DNA of 20,000 nucleotides from an uncultured virus (IMG/VR IMGVR_UViG_3300010356_002077) (lineage: Duplodnaviria > Heunggongvirae > Uroviricota > Caudoviricetes): IMG/VR virus record IMGVR_UViG_3300010356_002077. The stretch is one strand, 5' to 3'. Made by a program: the position numbers and the translations under genes. Positions 1-8,009 of the stretch are shown here, one piece after another. Below the pieces are notes generated by a model that was not told the DNA's origin, did not search any database, and saw nothing but the letters and a program-made list of their open reading frames with translations. Within the stretch, counting starts at the first letter, position 1. Each line of letters begins with the position of its first letter.

Positions 1-1
1 A

Positions 2-1162
2 ACCGCCCTTTCGTCCCGGCCCTCGAATCTGAGAGGCAAGCAGGGCAGAATTATCATTGACGAGGCGGCGTTTCATCCCGATTTAAAGGGCCTTTTAAAA
101 GCCGCTATGGCTTTCCTTATGTGGGGCGGGGAAGTGCGGATAATCTCTACCCACAACGGTGTCGACAATGAATTCAACAACCTGATTAAAGATATTCGCG
201 CCGGCAAAAAACCTTATGGCTTACATAAGGTAACGCTGGACGACGCACTAACAGACGGCCTCTACCGCCGGATATGTCTCGTTTTAAAACGCGAATGGAC
301 GCAAGCCGGCCAGGACAAGTGGCGGGAAGAACTGCGTGATTTCTACGGCGACGACGCCGAGGAAGAGCTGGACTGCGTGCCGAAGAACAGCGGGGGCGCA
401 TGGCTGTCCCGAGTGCTTATCGAAGCGAGGATGGCGGACCGCCCGGTGATCCGCTGGGAGCCGCCGGCCAACTTCGAAGTGTGGGAGGAACAGCGCCGGA
501 TCGAGGAATGCGAAAACTGGATGTCCGCGAACCTGCGGCCCCTGCTCGCGAAGCTCGACCCTGCTCACGGAAGCGGCCTGGGCTGGGATTTCGGCAGGAC
601 GGGCGACCTCAGCGTAGGGGCCCCGTTCCAGTATGCCGACAACCTGGCAAGGAAGTTCCCCTTCATCTTGGAGCTTCGGAATGTCCCCTTCCAGCAGCAG
701 CAGCAAGTCGCGTTTGCCCTGATGGATGGACTGCCGAACTTCCAGAAGGGCGCGTTCGACGCCCGCGGCAACGGCCAGTACCTGGCCGAAGTGGCCATGC
801 AGAGATACGGCACGGACAGGATAGAGCGGGTGATGCTTTCCGAGAAGTGGTACGCCGAGAACACCGCCCCTTTTAAGGCCGCGTTCGAGGACGGCACCAT
901 CGAGATCCCGAAGGACGAAAACATCCTCAACGACCTTCGGGGTTTCCAGGTTATCAAAGGCATCCCCAGAATGCCGGATTCAAGAATAAAAGACATCAAC
1001 AGCACGAAGACGCGCCACGGCGACGCGGGTATCGCCCTGCTCCTGGCTTACTTCGCCTCTCAGCAGGAGTTCTCGCCGATAGAGTTTCAAAGCGCCGGGG
1101 AGCGGGAATCATTCGGGGCTTTCAGCGGCTACGCCGGCGACCTCGATACACGCGGCTGGTAA
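2..1162 (+). CDS. terL: Terminase large subunit, Mu gp28-like (5'-partial)
   Basis: The frame of ORF 107..1162 is open back to position 2, giving TALSSRPSNLRGKQGRIIIDEAAFH (Walker B). It also has IISTHNG (coupling motif), GWDFGRTGDLS and HGDAGIA nuclease motifs, and lies directly before the portal. Confidence 0.95.
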   Translation, partial: TALSSRPSNLRGKQGRIIIDEAAFHPDLKGLLKAAMAFLMWGGEVRIISTHNGVDNEFNNLIKDIRAGKKPYGLHKVTLDDALTDGLYRRICLVLKREWTQAGQDKWREELRDFYGDDAEEELDCVPKNSGGAWLSRVLIEARMADRPVIRWEPPANFEVWEEQRRIEECENWMSANLRPLLAKLDPAHGSGLGWDFGRTGDLSVGAPFQYADNLARKFPFILELRNVPFQQQQQVAFALMDGLPNFQKGAFDARGNGQYLAEVAMQRYGTDRIERVMLSEKWYAENTAPFKAAFEDGTIEIPKDENILNDLRGFQVIKGIPRMPDSRIKDINSTKTRHGDAGIALLLAYFASQQEFSPIEFQSAGERESFGAFSGYAGDLDTRGW

Positions 1163-1171
1163 GGAGAGACG

Positions 1172-2662
1172 ATGGCAGAGAAAACCAAAAAGATAAAGGC
1201 TCCCGAGCTTAACGAAATCGCCACATCCGCCGACGGCAACGACATAACCAAGGGCTTCGTGAACGCGCTTGACATCGCCGGGACCACGGACGAGCTTCTC
1301 CGGGCGAAGGGCGACGACCTTTCCGTCTATCAGGAACTACTGAACGACGACCAGGTCAAGTCATGCCTCGACCAGAGGAAACAGGCGTGCATACAGGCCG
1401 AGTGGTATGTAGAACCGGGCGGGGACAATCCCATAGACCGCGAGGCCGCCGACTCTCTGAACAGGATCCTCGACAATTGCAAGTTCGACCGGGTCAGCAA
1501 CAAGATGCTCTCCGGCCTCCTCTACGGCTTCTCAGTTGCAGAGGTCATGTGGGGCTATGACGGCGGACAGGTGGTCATCTCCGAGATCAAGGTCCGCAAC
1601 CGCCGCCGGTTCAAGTTCACCAACAGCGGCGAGCTGAGGCTGATAACCACGAAGGCCCCCAAAGGCATCGAACTGCCCGACAAAAAGTTCTGGGCCGTGA
1701 CATTCGGGGCGGACGACGACGACGAGATCTACGGCAGAGGCCTCGGCTACTGGGTCTACTGGCCTGTCAAGTTCAAGCGCTCCGGGATCCGGTATTGGAT
1801 GATCTTCCTGGACAAATACGGCATGGGCACGGCCGTCGGGAAGTATCCTCCGGGGACGAACAAGGACGGGCAGAGCAAACTTCTGGACGCGGCCGGCGCG
1901 CTCCAGAAGGACTCGGCAGTGATCATTCCCAACACGATGATGATCGAGCTCCTCGAAGCGACGCGCTCCTCCGGAGGAGACTACAACCTCATGTGCGCCC
2001 GAATGGACAAGGCGATCGCCAAGGTGATCATCGGCCAGACCGCTTCGACCGAAGGGACTCCCGGCAAACTCGGGAACGAGGACGCGCAGAACGATGTCCG
2101 ACAGGAGTACGTGAAGGCCGACGCGGACCTGCTTTGCGAGTCGTTCAACGAAGGCCCCGCCCGCTGGCTCACCGACTGGAACTTTCCCGGCGCGGCGTAT
2201 CCCAAGGTGTGGCGCAAAGTGGATCCGGATGACGACCTCGGCAAGGAGATCGATCGCGACCAGAAGCTTGCCGGGATCATTCCCGTCCCTGTCAGCTACT
2301 TCCAGGAGAAATACTCGATCCCCGCCGCCAAGAAGGGGGAACCCGTCGCCGGGAAACCCGCCGCGCCCAAGGCGCCCCCGGAACCCGGGGAGGAAGTGGC
2401 CTTCGCGGAGGGCGATCTGGCCGACGGCACGGAGGCCCTTGCCGACAAGGCCCGTGAGGAAGCCGGCAAACTGATAGACGGCTGGCTGGATGAAGTTGGC
2501 GCCATCGTCGAGAAGGCCGAATCCCTCGAGGACCTTCAGGCGATGATCGACAAGAAATTCGGAAAGCTCGACAAGAAGCAGTTCGCAAAGGTAATGGAGA
2601 AGGCCATGCTGGCCGCCCAGCTCATGGGCAGAAGCGATGTGATGGATGAGGTGAACGGGTGA
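1172..2662 (+). CDS. Portal protein, Mu gp29/DUF935 family
   Basis: 496 aa; AAGGAG RBS overlapping the upstream stop; motifs YGFSVAEVMW, FLDKYGMGTAVGKY, IAKVIIGQT; follows terminase. Confidence 0.93.
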   Translation: MAEKTKKIKAPELNEIATSADGNDITKGFVNALDIAGTTDELLRAKGDDLSVYQELLNDDQVKSCLDQRKQACIQAEWYVEPGGDNPIDREAADSLNRILDNCKFDRVSNKMLSGLLYGFSVAEVMWGYDGGQVVISEIKVRNRRRFKFTNSGELRLITTKAPKGIELPDKKFWAVTFGADDDDEIYGRGLGYWVYWPVKFKRSGIRYWMIFLDKYGMGTAVGKYPPGTNKDGQSKLLDAAGALQKDSAVIIPNTMMIELLEATRSSGGDYNLMCARMDKAIAKVIIGQTASTEGTPGKLGNEDAQNDVRQEYVKADADLLCESFNEGPARWLTDWNFPGAAYPKVWRKVDPDDDLGKEIDRDQKLAGIIPVPVSYFQEKYSIPAAKKGEPVAGKPAAPKAPPEPGEEVAFAEGDLADGTEALADKAREEAGKLIDGWLDEVGAIVEKAESLEDLQAMIDKKFGKLDKKQFAKVMEKAMLAAQLMGRSDVMDEVNG

Positions 2663-3330
2663 GCGTATATTACAACCGCCTCACCTTCTCCCAGATGATC
2701 GCCTACTTCCTGGCGAAGGTGAACATCCCCACCGAAACATGGCTGGACATGTGGACATACGAGCATATTCATGCCTTCACGGTAGCCGGGGCAACACAGG
2801 CGGCGCTTCTTGCAGATCTCCGGAAGGCGGTTGAAAAAGCGATCACACAGGGCACCACCCTGCAAGAATTCCGGAAGGACTTCAAAAACATTATCGCCAA
2901 GACCGGCTGGCAGTACAACGGGGATTTCGACTGGCGGACGCGGGTTATCTACGGCACCAACGTCAGGACGGCCTATGCCGCAGGGCGCTGGCGCCAGCTG
3001 ATGGAGATGGACAGCATCGTTTACCTGAAATACAACCACAGCCACGCCGTAAAGGTCCCCCGGGAGAAGCATTTGATGTGGGACGGGCTGGTCCTCCGGA
3101 AGGATGACCCGTGGTGGATTATCCATGCCCCGCCGAACGGCTGGGGCTGTCAGTGTTACCTCACCGGCGTCAGCGAAGCCGGATTGAAGCGCCTCGGCAA
3201 GGACGGCCCGGATACGCCGCCTCAGGATGGCACGTACCAGTGGTTGAACAAGAGCACCGGGGAAGTGGTTGATGTCCCGGTCGGGATCGATCCCGGCTGG
3301 GACTACAACCCGGGAGAGCAGGCGGCATGA
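2659..3330 (+). CDS. Head morphogenesis protein, Mu gpF / SPP1 gp7 family (short form, no C-terminal toxin domain)
   Basis: AFTVAGA, RTRVIYGTNVRTAYAAGRWRQ, H..WDG, PPNGWGCQC, GIDPGWDYNPG motifs; GTGA overlap with portal stop. Confidence 0.93.
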   Translation: MSVYYNRLTFSQMIAYFLAKVNIPTETWLDMWTYEHIHAFTVAGATQAALLADLRKAVEKAITQGTTLQEFRKDFKNIIAKTGWQYNGDFDWRTRVIYGTNVRTAYAAGRWRQLMEMDSIVYLKYNHSHAVKVPREKHLMWDGLVLRKDDPWWIIHAPPNGWGCQCYLTGVSEAGLKRLGKDGPDTPPQDGTYQWLNKSTGEVVDVPVGIDPGWDYNPGEQAA

Positions 3331-3776
3331 GCGGCTCCGGCATAACCCTCAAGGTGGACAATCCGGGTGTCATCGAGGTCCTTAATGAAATCCTTCGGCG
3401 CGGCCAGAACCTCAGGCCGGCCCTGGAGATGATCGCCGAGGAAGTTCTCCAGCCGTCCACGAGGGAACGATTCGACACCGAGGAGGCGCCGGACGGCACC
3501 AAGTGGATGCCGCTGAGCCCCGAATACCAGGCCCGCAAGAAAAAGAACGCCGACAAGATCCTCACTCTGGAAGCCTTCCTCCGTGAATCCTTTTTCCCGG
3601 AGATCTCCGATACCCAGCTTTTGTTCGGTACTGACAAGATACAGGCGGCGACACACCAGTTCGGCAGGCCGGTAGGCGATGGCGAGATCCCAGCACGCCC
3701 ATTCCTGGGCATATCAGACGACGACGAACGCCACATCATAGACATCCTTCAGACTTTCCTCCTGGAGGGAAAATGA
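3327..3776 (+). CDS. Virion morphogenesis protein, Mu gpG-like
   Basis: RF..E.APDG..W.PLS, AATHQFG and IPARPFLGIS motifs; ATGA overlap; follows gpF. Confidence 0.92.
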   Translation: MSGSGITLKVDNPGVIEVLNEILRRGQNLRPALEMIAEEVLQPSTRERFDTEEAPDGTKWMPLSPEYQARKKKNADKILTLEAFLRESFFPEISDTQLLFGTDKIQAATHQFGRPVGDGEIPARPFLGISDDDERHIIDILQTFLLEGK

Positions 3777-3844
3777 CGCGGCGCGTTAAAACGGCCGGGA
3801 AGGCCCTGCACCCCCATTTTGGCTACCACCCTACCAGCGGGGAG

Positions 3845-3913
3845 CGTTCCTTAGCGTTCGAACACCGTTCGACCGCCGTTAAAACGGTATTAAAAACAGG
3901 TCACCGACCGTTC
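3845..3913. repeat. Helically phased CGTT repeats in the G-I intergenic region (candidate strong gyrase site arm)
   Basis: CGTT starts at 3845, 3855, 3866, 3877 and 3909 (spacings 10, 11, 11, 32); same location as the Mu strong gyrase site. Confidence 0.5.
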
Positions 3914-3949
3914 TTTTCCATCCCCGTCAGAAGGGAAACAAAAAATTGG

Positions 3950-3994
3950 GGGGAAGTAGTTCCCCTTGAAAGAAATTCGAGCGCCATCAAAAAT
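3950..3994 (+). promoter_or_regulatory. Candidate activator-dependent late promoter (Mu P_I-like)
   Basis: Dyad GGGGAA-gtag-TTCCCC at 3950-3965, weak -10-like AAAAAT at 3989-3994, no good -35; just upstream of the protease gene. Confidence 0.45.
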
Positions 3995-4014
3995 GGCAGT
4001 GTGAGGTGAGAGAA

Positions 4015-5109
4015 ATGAAAAAGATCCCCATATTGAGAGCAGGAACGTTTACACCACTTCAGAGGCCGGGTTCCCCCAAAAAAGTCACGATCACCGACGA
4101 GGACCTTATCGGGCTCGCCAAATCGTTCAACGCCCAGAATGGAGAAACTCCGCTTGTGCTGGGCCACCCCACGAACACGGACCTTACCGCCCCCGTCGGG
4201 AAACCCTTCGGGACGGTCAAAGCGCTAGAGTTCGCAGATGGCGTGCTGTCGGCGATTCCTAAAAATGTGGATCCCGATTTCTCCAGCCTGGTCAAGAAAG
4301 GCAAATTCCCCAGCAGATCGGCAGGGCTCAAAATATCAAAATCCGACGGGAAGATTTTGGGGCTTTCGCATATCGGGTTCCTTGGCAAGGTTCCGCCGGC
4401 CGTCGACAACCTGCCCGATGTGGTGTTTGCCGGCCTCCCGGAAGACACGATTTTCGTCGAGTTCGCGGAACCTACCTCCACTATCTCGCGCATGTTCAGC
4501 GCAATCCGGGAGTGGCTCATCGAACAAAAAAGTATCGACGAGGCGGACAAGGTCCTTTCCAAGTGGGACATCGAATACCTCGACAATTTCAAGCCGGAAG
4601 GATCAGTCCCTGAGGCTGCCGGCTTCGCAAAAGGAGATGACGAAATGGACAAGGAACTGCTGGCAGCAAAAACGAAAGAACTTGACGATCGCGAGGCGCA
4701 GCTGAAGGTTCGCGAGGAAGCCCAGGCGCAGAAAGACGAGACAGACAGAAAAGCGGCAATAGTCGCTTTTGCCGAAGGCCTCGTAAAGGACGGCAAAATA
4801 CTTCCCCGCCAGAAGGATGGATTCATCGGTCTCCTGAACGGGATCGGCGACACAGTTACGATCGTGTTCGCTTCAGGCAAAGACAATGCCCCGGTCGAAG
4901 CCACCGGGCTTGAGGCAGCCAAGAGACTCCTCAGCGAAATGCCGAAGGCGATCGAGTTCAAGGAGCTGGCCGGCGGGGAAGTGCCGAGGAAGGCCCCGAC
5001 CGACGAGAAGGAGATCGCCAAGGCCGCCAGGCAAAAGATAGACGCCGCCGCAAAGGAAGGCAAGACCCTCAGCGCCGCTCAGGCTGTCCAGGAAGTAACA
5101 GCAGAATAA
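4015..5109 (+). CDS. Prohead protease/scaffold protein, Mu gpI-like
   Basis: PLVLGHP (His), FPSRSAG (Ser) and LSHIGFLGKVPPAV motifs; charged helical C-terminal half. Start placed at ATG 4015 because GAGGTG (4003-4008) is a well-spaced RBS; the ORF track start is 4006. Confidence 0.9.
   Translation: MKKIPILRAGTFTPLQRPGSPKKVTITDEDLIGLAKSFNAQNGETPLVLGHPTNTDLTAPVGKPFGTVKALEFADGVLSAIPKNVDPDFSSLVKKGKFPSRSAGLKISKSDGKILGLSHIGFLGKVPPAVDNLPDVVFAGLPEDTIFVEFAEPTSTISRMFSAIREWLIEQKSIDEADKVLSKWDIEYLDNFKPEGSVPEAAGFAKGDDEMDKELLAAKTKELDDREAQLKVREEAQAQKDETDRKAAIVAFAEGLVKDGKILPRQKDGFIGLLNGIGDTVTIVFASGKDNAPVEATGLEAAKRLLSEMPKAIEFKELAGGEVPRKAPTDEKEIAKAARQKIDAAAKEGKTLSAAQAVQEVTAE
4645..5109 (+). CDS. Nested in-frame scaffolding protein, Mu gpZ-like (154 aa)
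   Basis: AAAAGGAG at 4629-4636 lies 8 nt before an in-frame ATG at 4645 (MDKELLAAK...); coiled-coil-like sequence follows. Confidence 0.7.
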   Translation: MDKELLAAKTKELDDREAQLKVREEAQAQKDETDRKAAIVAFAEGLVKDGKILPRQKDGFIGLLNGIGDTVTIVFASGKDNAPVEATGLEAAKRLLSEMPKAIEFKELAGGEVPRKAPTDEKEIAKAARQKIDAAAKEGKTLSAAQAVQEVTAE

Positions 5110-5147
5110 CCGACCCTGCCCAAAGCAGGTCATGAAAGGAGGAACAC

Positions 5148-5933
5148 ATGTACGATATCCTTACAACCGCTCACGTGGCAGGGGCGACAGTCAACCCCTA
5201 CCGTATCGTGAAAACCGACAGCAGCGGCGACATCATCCAGGCCGCCGCGGCCAGCGACCTTTTTGAGGGCGTCTCCAGCGCGAACCTTGAAAAAGGCAAG
5301 ACCTACGCCGACGGCGAGAGGATCGAAGTCCACAGGATCGGCCTCGTCGACATCGAAGCCGGCGGGACAATCTCCAAGGGCGCCAGGCTCACCTCCGACA
5401 CCGTCGGCAGGGCCGTCACCGCCAGCGCCGGGGACAATACCATCGGCATCGCGCCCTGCGACGCCGTGGTTGGCGACATCATGGAGAACGTCCTCATCAA
5501 CCTCAACCAGGAGCAGAAGGACACCAACCTCTACACGGCGGAAGTGACGGTCTCCACTGCCGAACTGCTCGCCCTCAACGCGACCCCCAAGCCCCTCGTC
5601 GCCGCTCCCGGAACCGGGAAGGCGATCGTCGTCGAGGACGTCGAGCTCTTCCTCGATTATGCAGGCACCGCTTATGACGGCATTGCCTCGGGCGAGGACC
5701 TTGAAGTCCGATACACAGACGGCTCGGGCCAGCTCGTCAGCACAATCGAGACGACCGGCTTCCTCGATGCCACGGCGGACGCCGTGCGCTTTTCCAAACC
5801 GGCGACAACCGCCGCGATCACGCCCGTCGCTAACGCCGCGATCGTCCTCAGGCTTGCCTCGGGAGAGATTGCCACCGGCACCTCGCCGCTCAAGGTCAGG
5901 GTCACTTACAAGATCATCGACATGTCCTGGTAA
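5148..5933 (+). CDS. Capsid decoration/cement protein (DUF2190-like N-terminus) with extra C-terminal domain
   Basis: AAGGAGG RBS at 5136-5142; the N-terminal ~118 aa have the pattern YRIVK...G.V.IEAGGTI..G..LTSD..GRAV...IGIA; between protease and capsid genes. Confidence 0.75.
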   Translation: MYDILTTAHVAGATVNPYRIVKTDSSGDIIQAAAASDLFEGVSSANLEKGKTYADGERIEVHRIGLVDIEAGGTISKGARLTSDTVGRAVTASAGDNTIGIAPCDAVVGDIMENVLINLNQEQKDTNLYTAEVTVSTAELLALNATPKPLVAAPGTGKAIVVEDVELFLDYAGTAYDGIASGEDLEVRYTDGSGQLVSTIETTGFLDATADAVRFSKPATTAAITPVANAAIVLRLASGEIATGTSPLKVRVTYKIIDMSW

Positions 5934-5951
5934 GCAGGACCTTTGAAAACA

Positions 5952-5973
5952 GCCGCCCTCGAAAGGGGGCGGC
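5952..5973. terminator. GC-rich hairpin with GAAA tetraloop (possible minus-strand terminator or mRNA stabiliser)
   Basis: GCCGCCCTC-GAAA-GGGGGCGGC forms 9 bp with one G-U on the + transcript. There is no U-tract on +; on - it is followed by TGTTTT. Confidence 0.5.
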
Positions 5974-5996
5974 ATCTCTGAGAAAGGAGAAAGGAA

Positions 5997-6950
5997 ATGT
6001 CAGGACAGAATGCAAACTTCACAGTCGACCCCAAGCTGGTGGCCGTCGCGCTGGCCTACAAGAACCAGGCCATGATCGCCGACGAAGTCCTTCCCAGGAT
6101 GGACGTCGGCGCTTCGGAATTCAAATACCCGTCCTACGACCTGGACAAAGGGTTCACGGTCGTCAAGGACGATGTGGGCAGGACAAGCCCCCCCAACGAA
6201 CTAACCTGGAGATCCACCCAGGTCACCGGGTCCCTTCTGGACCACGGCCTGATCCATAAGATCCCCGAAAGGGACTACACCAACCTGCCCGAGGGGAGGA
6301 CCAAGGACTCCCTCAACGCCGAGGCGGTCGAAGCCCTTCAGGACCAAATCCTGCTCAACAGGGAGGTCCGTGCCGCGGCAATCGTGTTCGCAACAACCAG
6401 CTATGCTTCGGGGCACTCGACGACCCTCAGCGGTACTAACCAGTGGAGCCACGCCAGCTCCAACCCGATCACGGCCATATCGGCGGCCATGGACGCAGGC
6501 ATCATGCCCTACAACGTCCTGGTGCTCGGCCAGGAAGTCGCGACCAAGCTCCGCCAGAACCCTGTCATCGTAAAGGCGTTCAACGGCAGCACCGGAGATT
6601 CCGGGATTGTCCCCCTCGATTTCATCAGGAACCTTTTCGGCCTCGAAAAGATCCTCGTGGGACAGGGATGGGTCAATACCGCCAAGAAGGGCCAGACGCC
6701 GACCTATTCCCGCGCGTGGGGCAAGGGCGCGGCGCTCCTCCATGTCCCCGCCGTGGTCCAGTCCGTCAATGTGATGAACTTCAGACCCATCTTCGGGTTC
6801 AGTCCCCACAATGGCCAGAAGTTCGTCGGCTCCGCCTTCGACAAGGACATCGGCCTCAGGGGCGGCACCGAGATCCGCGTGGGCGAGGAGATCAACGAGT
6901 ACGTGGTAGCCAATGCCCTCGGCTATTACTGGGACGCGGCGATAGCCTGA
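5997..6950 (+). CDS. Major capsid protein (HK97 fold, capsid E-like)
   Basis: 317 aa; purine-rich AAAGGAG/AAAGGA RBS; L.A.A.AY.N...IAD.VLP, L.RE.R.A, QWS...S.PI and FGLEKILVG patterns typical of these capsids; syntenic position. Confidence 0.9.
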   Translation: MSGQNANFTVDPKLVAVALAYKNQAMIADEVLPRMDVGASEFKYPSYDLDKGFTVVKDDVGRTSPPNELTWRSTQVTGSLLDHGLIHKIPERDYTNLPEGRTKDSLNAEAVEALQDQILLNREVRAAAIVFATTSYASGHSTTLSGTNQWSHASSNPITAISAAMDAGIMPYNVLVLGQEVATKLRQNPVIVKAFNGSTGDSGIVPLDFIRNLFGLEKILVGQGWVNTAKKGQTPTYSRAWGKGAALLHVPAVVQSVNVMNFRPIFGFSPHNGQKFVGSAFDKDIGLRGGTEIRVGEEINEYVVANALGYYWDAAIA

Positions 6951-7372
6951 TGAGCTACACCACTCTGAACGCCTTCAAGTCGAAGTTCGGCGAGTCGGAG
7001 TTGATCCAACTGACCGACAGGGACGGGAAGGGTGTGTACGACGAGGAAGTATTCGACGCGGCAAACGCAGAAACAGATGCCGAGATCGACGCCTCCCTTT
7101 CGCCGATATACACCCTCCCGCTCTCTTCGGTTCCCGTGTTCCTGACGTCGATTGCGAACGACTTGACCCGGGAAAAGCTCTACACAAACAATGTCCCCGA
7201 ATCTGTCCAGAAGAAGGGCGAAGTTGCCCGGAAAAACCTCGGCCTGATCCGCGACGGCAAGATGAGCCTCGGCCTCCCCACGGCGAGCGAGCCGGCTTCA
7301 AACGACCTGCCCTCTTTCGACGGTCCCGACAGCCGTGAATGGGATGCCGACACCCTTGGGGATTTCAAATGA
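6950..7372 (+). CDS. Head-tail connector, Mu gp36 / DUF1320 family (140 aa)
   Basis: Likely true start is ATG 6950 (TGATG coupling with the capsid stop) inside ORF 6443..7372; MSY.T...FGESELIQLTDR...AEID..L...Y.LPL..VP..L...I.DGK.SLG. Confidence 0.9.
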   Translation: MSYTTLNAFKSKFGESELIQLTDRDGKGVYDEEVFDAANAETDAEIDASLSPIYTLPLSSVPVFLTSIANDLTREKLYTNNVPESVQKKGEVARKNLGLIRDGKMSLGLPTASEPASNDLPSFDGPDSREWDADTLGDFK

Positions 7373-7812
7373 CCGAACAGACTTTCAATGACGAATTCTT
7401 TGCGGCAGAAGAATTGATAGTGGACAAGATCAAAGAGATCACAGAATTTATAAGGGTGGCATCCGTATCCAACCTGGGCGATGTGAAGGACAACCAGCAG
7501 CAGGTCCCGGCCTGTTATGTGATGTACGCGGGCGAGGATGTGGGAGAGTCCGTCAAGCAGGCCGCGACACCGCAAAGGACCGTCCAGAAGTGGTATGTCA
7601 TCGTCGCGGTCCGCAACGTCGACCAGCAGGATAAAAAGGCCTCCAGGAGCGCGGCAAGCCCGCTCGTTTCCCTCCTCCTGGCCAAGCTGGCCGGATACAA
7701 GCCCTTCACCAACTGCAAGCCCCTGGCGCGCCGCACGGCTCCCGTGCCGGCCTACCTGAACGGCTTCGCCTATTTTCCGTTCCGTTATGACCTGGAGGTG
7801 ATAACCCCATGA
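7369..7812 (+). CDS. Tail completion/terminator protein, Mu gp37-like (147 aa)
   Basis: ATGA coupling at 7369; PACYVMYAG, QKWYVIVAVRN, LAGYKP and GFAYFP patterns; follows gp36. Confidence 0.75.
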   Translation: MTEQTFNDEFFAAEELIVDKIKEITEFIRVASVSNLGDVKDNQQQVPACYVMYAGEDVGESVKQAATPQRTVQKWYVIVAVRNVDQQDKKASRSAASPLVSLLLAKLAGYKPFTNCKPLARRTAPVPAYLNGFAYFPFRYDLEVITP

Positions 7813-8006
7813 AAATGATAGAAGTGACGCTATTGAAAGAGCACACTCACGCCGGGATCAAGAAGCATCCCGGCGCGGTGATCGAAGTAGAGGAATGGCT
7901 CGCCGACTGGCTGATAAAGCAGGGCGCGGCCGAGATATACGAAGCCCCGAAGAAAACCCCGAAAAACGAAAAAGAGCCTGCCAAGGGCGGACCGAAAGGA
8001 GAATAG
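7809..8006 (+). CDS. Small conserved phage protein preceding the tail tube
   Basis: 65 aa; GGAGG RBS; ATGA coupling; VTLLKEHTHAG...PG..IEV....ADWL pattern and Lys-rich tail. Confidence 0.7.
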   Translation: MKMIEVTLLKEHTHAGIKKHPGAVIEVEEWLADWLIKQGAAEIYEAPKKTPKNEKEPAKGGPKGE

Positions 8007-8009
8007 AAA

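Noticed and set aside
2659..3330. Possible MuF polymorphic toxin
   Set aside because: The protein ends right after the F domain (WDYNPG); no toxin extension or immunity gene.
3773..4009. 78-aa ORF bridging G and I with ATGA/GTGA overlaps
   Set aside because: No recognisable motif; the region is better explained as regulatory DNA (phased repeats, dyad). Not fully excluded.
4059..5063. 334-aa antisense ORF
   Set aside because: Ser/Phe-rich shadow of the protease gene; no protein-like motifs.
5123..5948. Similar words AAGCAGG(T/A)C...TGAAA in both gaps flanking the decoration gene
   Set aside because: Only two short imperfect copies; cannot be distinguished from chance.
6443..6949. Long N-terminal extension of ORF 6443..7372
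   Set aside because: Out-of-frame overlap with the capsid gene, Arg/Pro-rich; the gp36-like protein starts at coupled ATG 6950.
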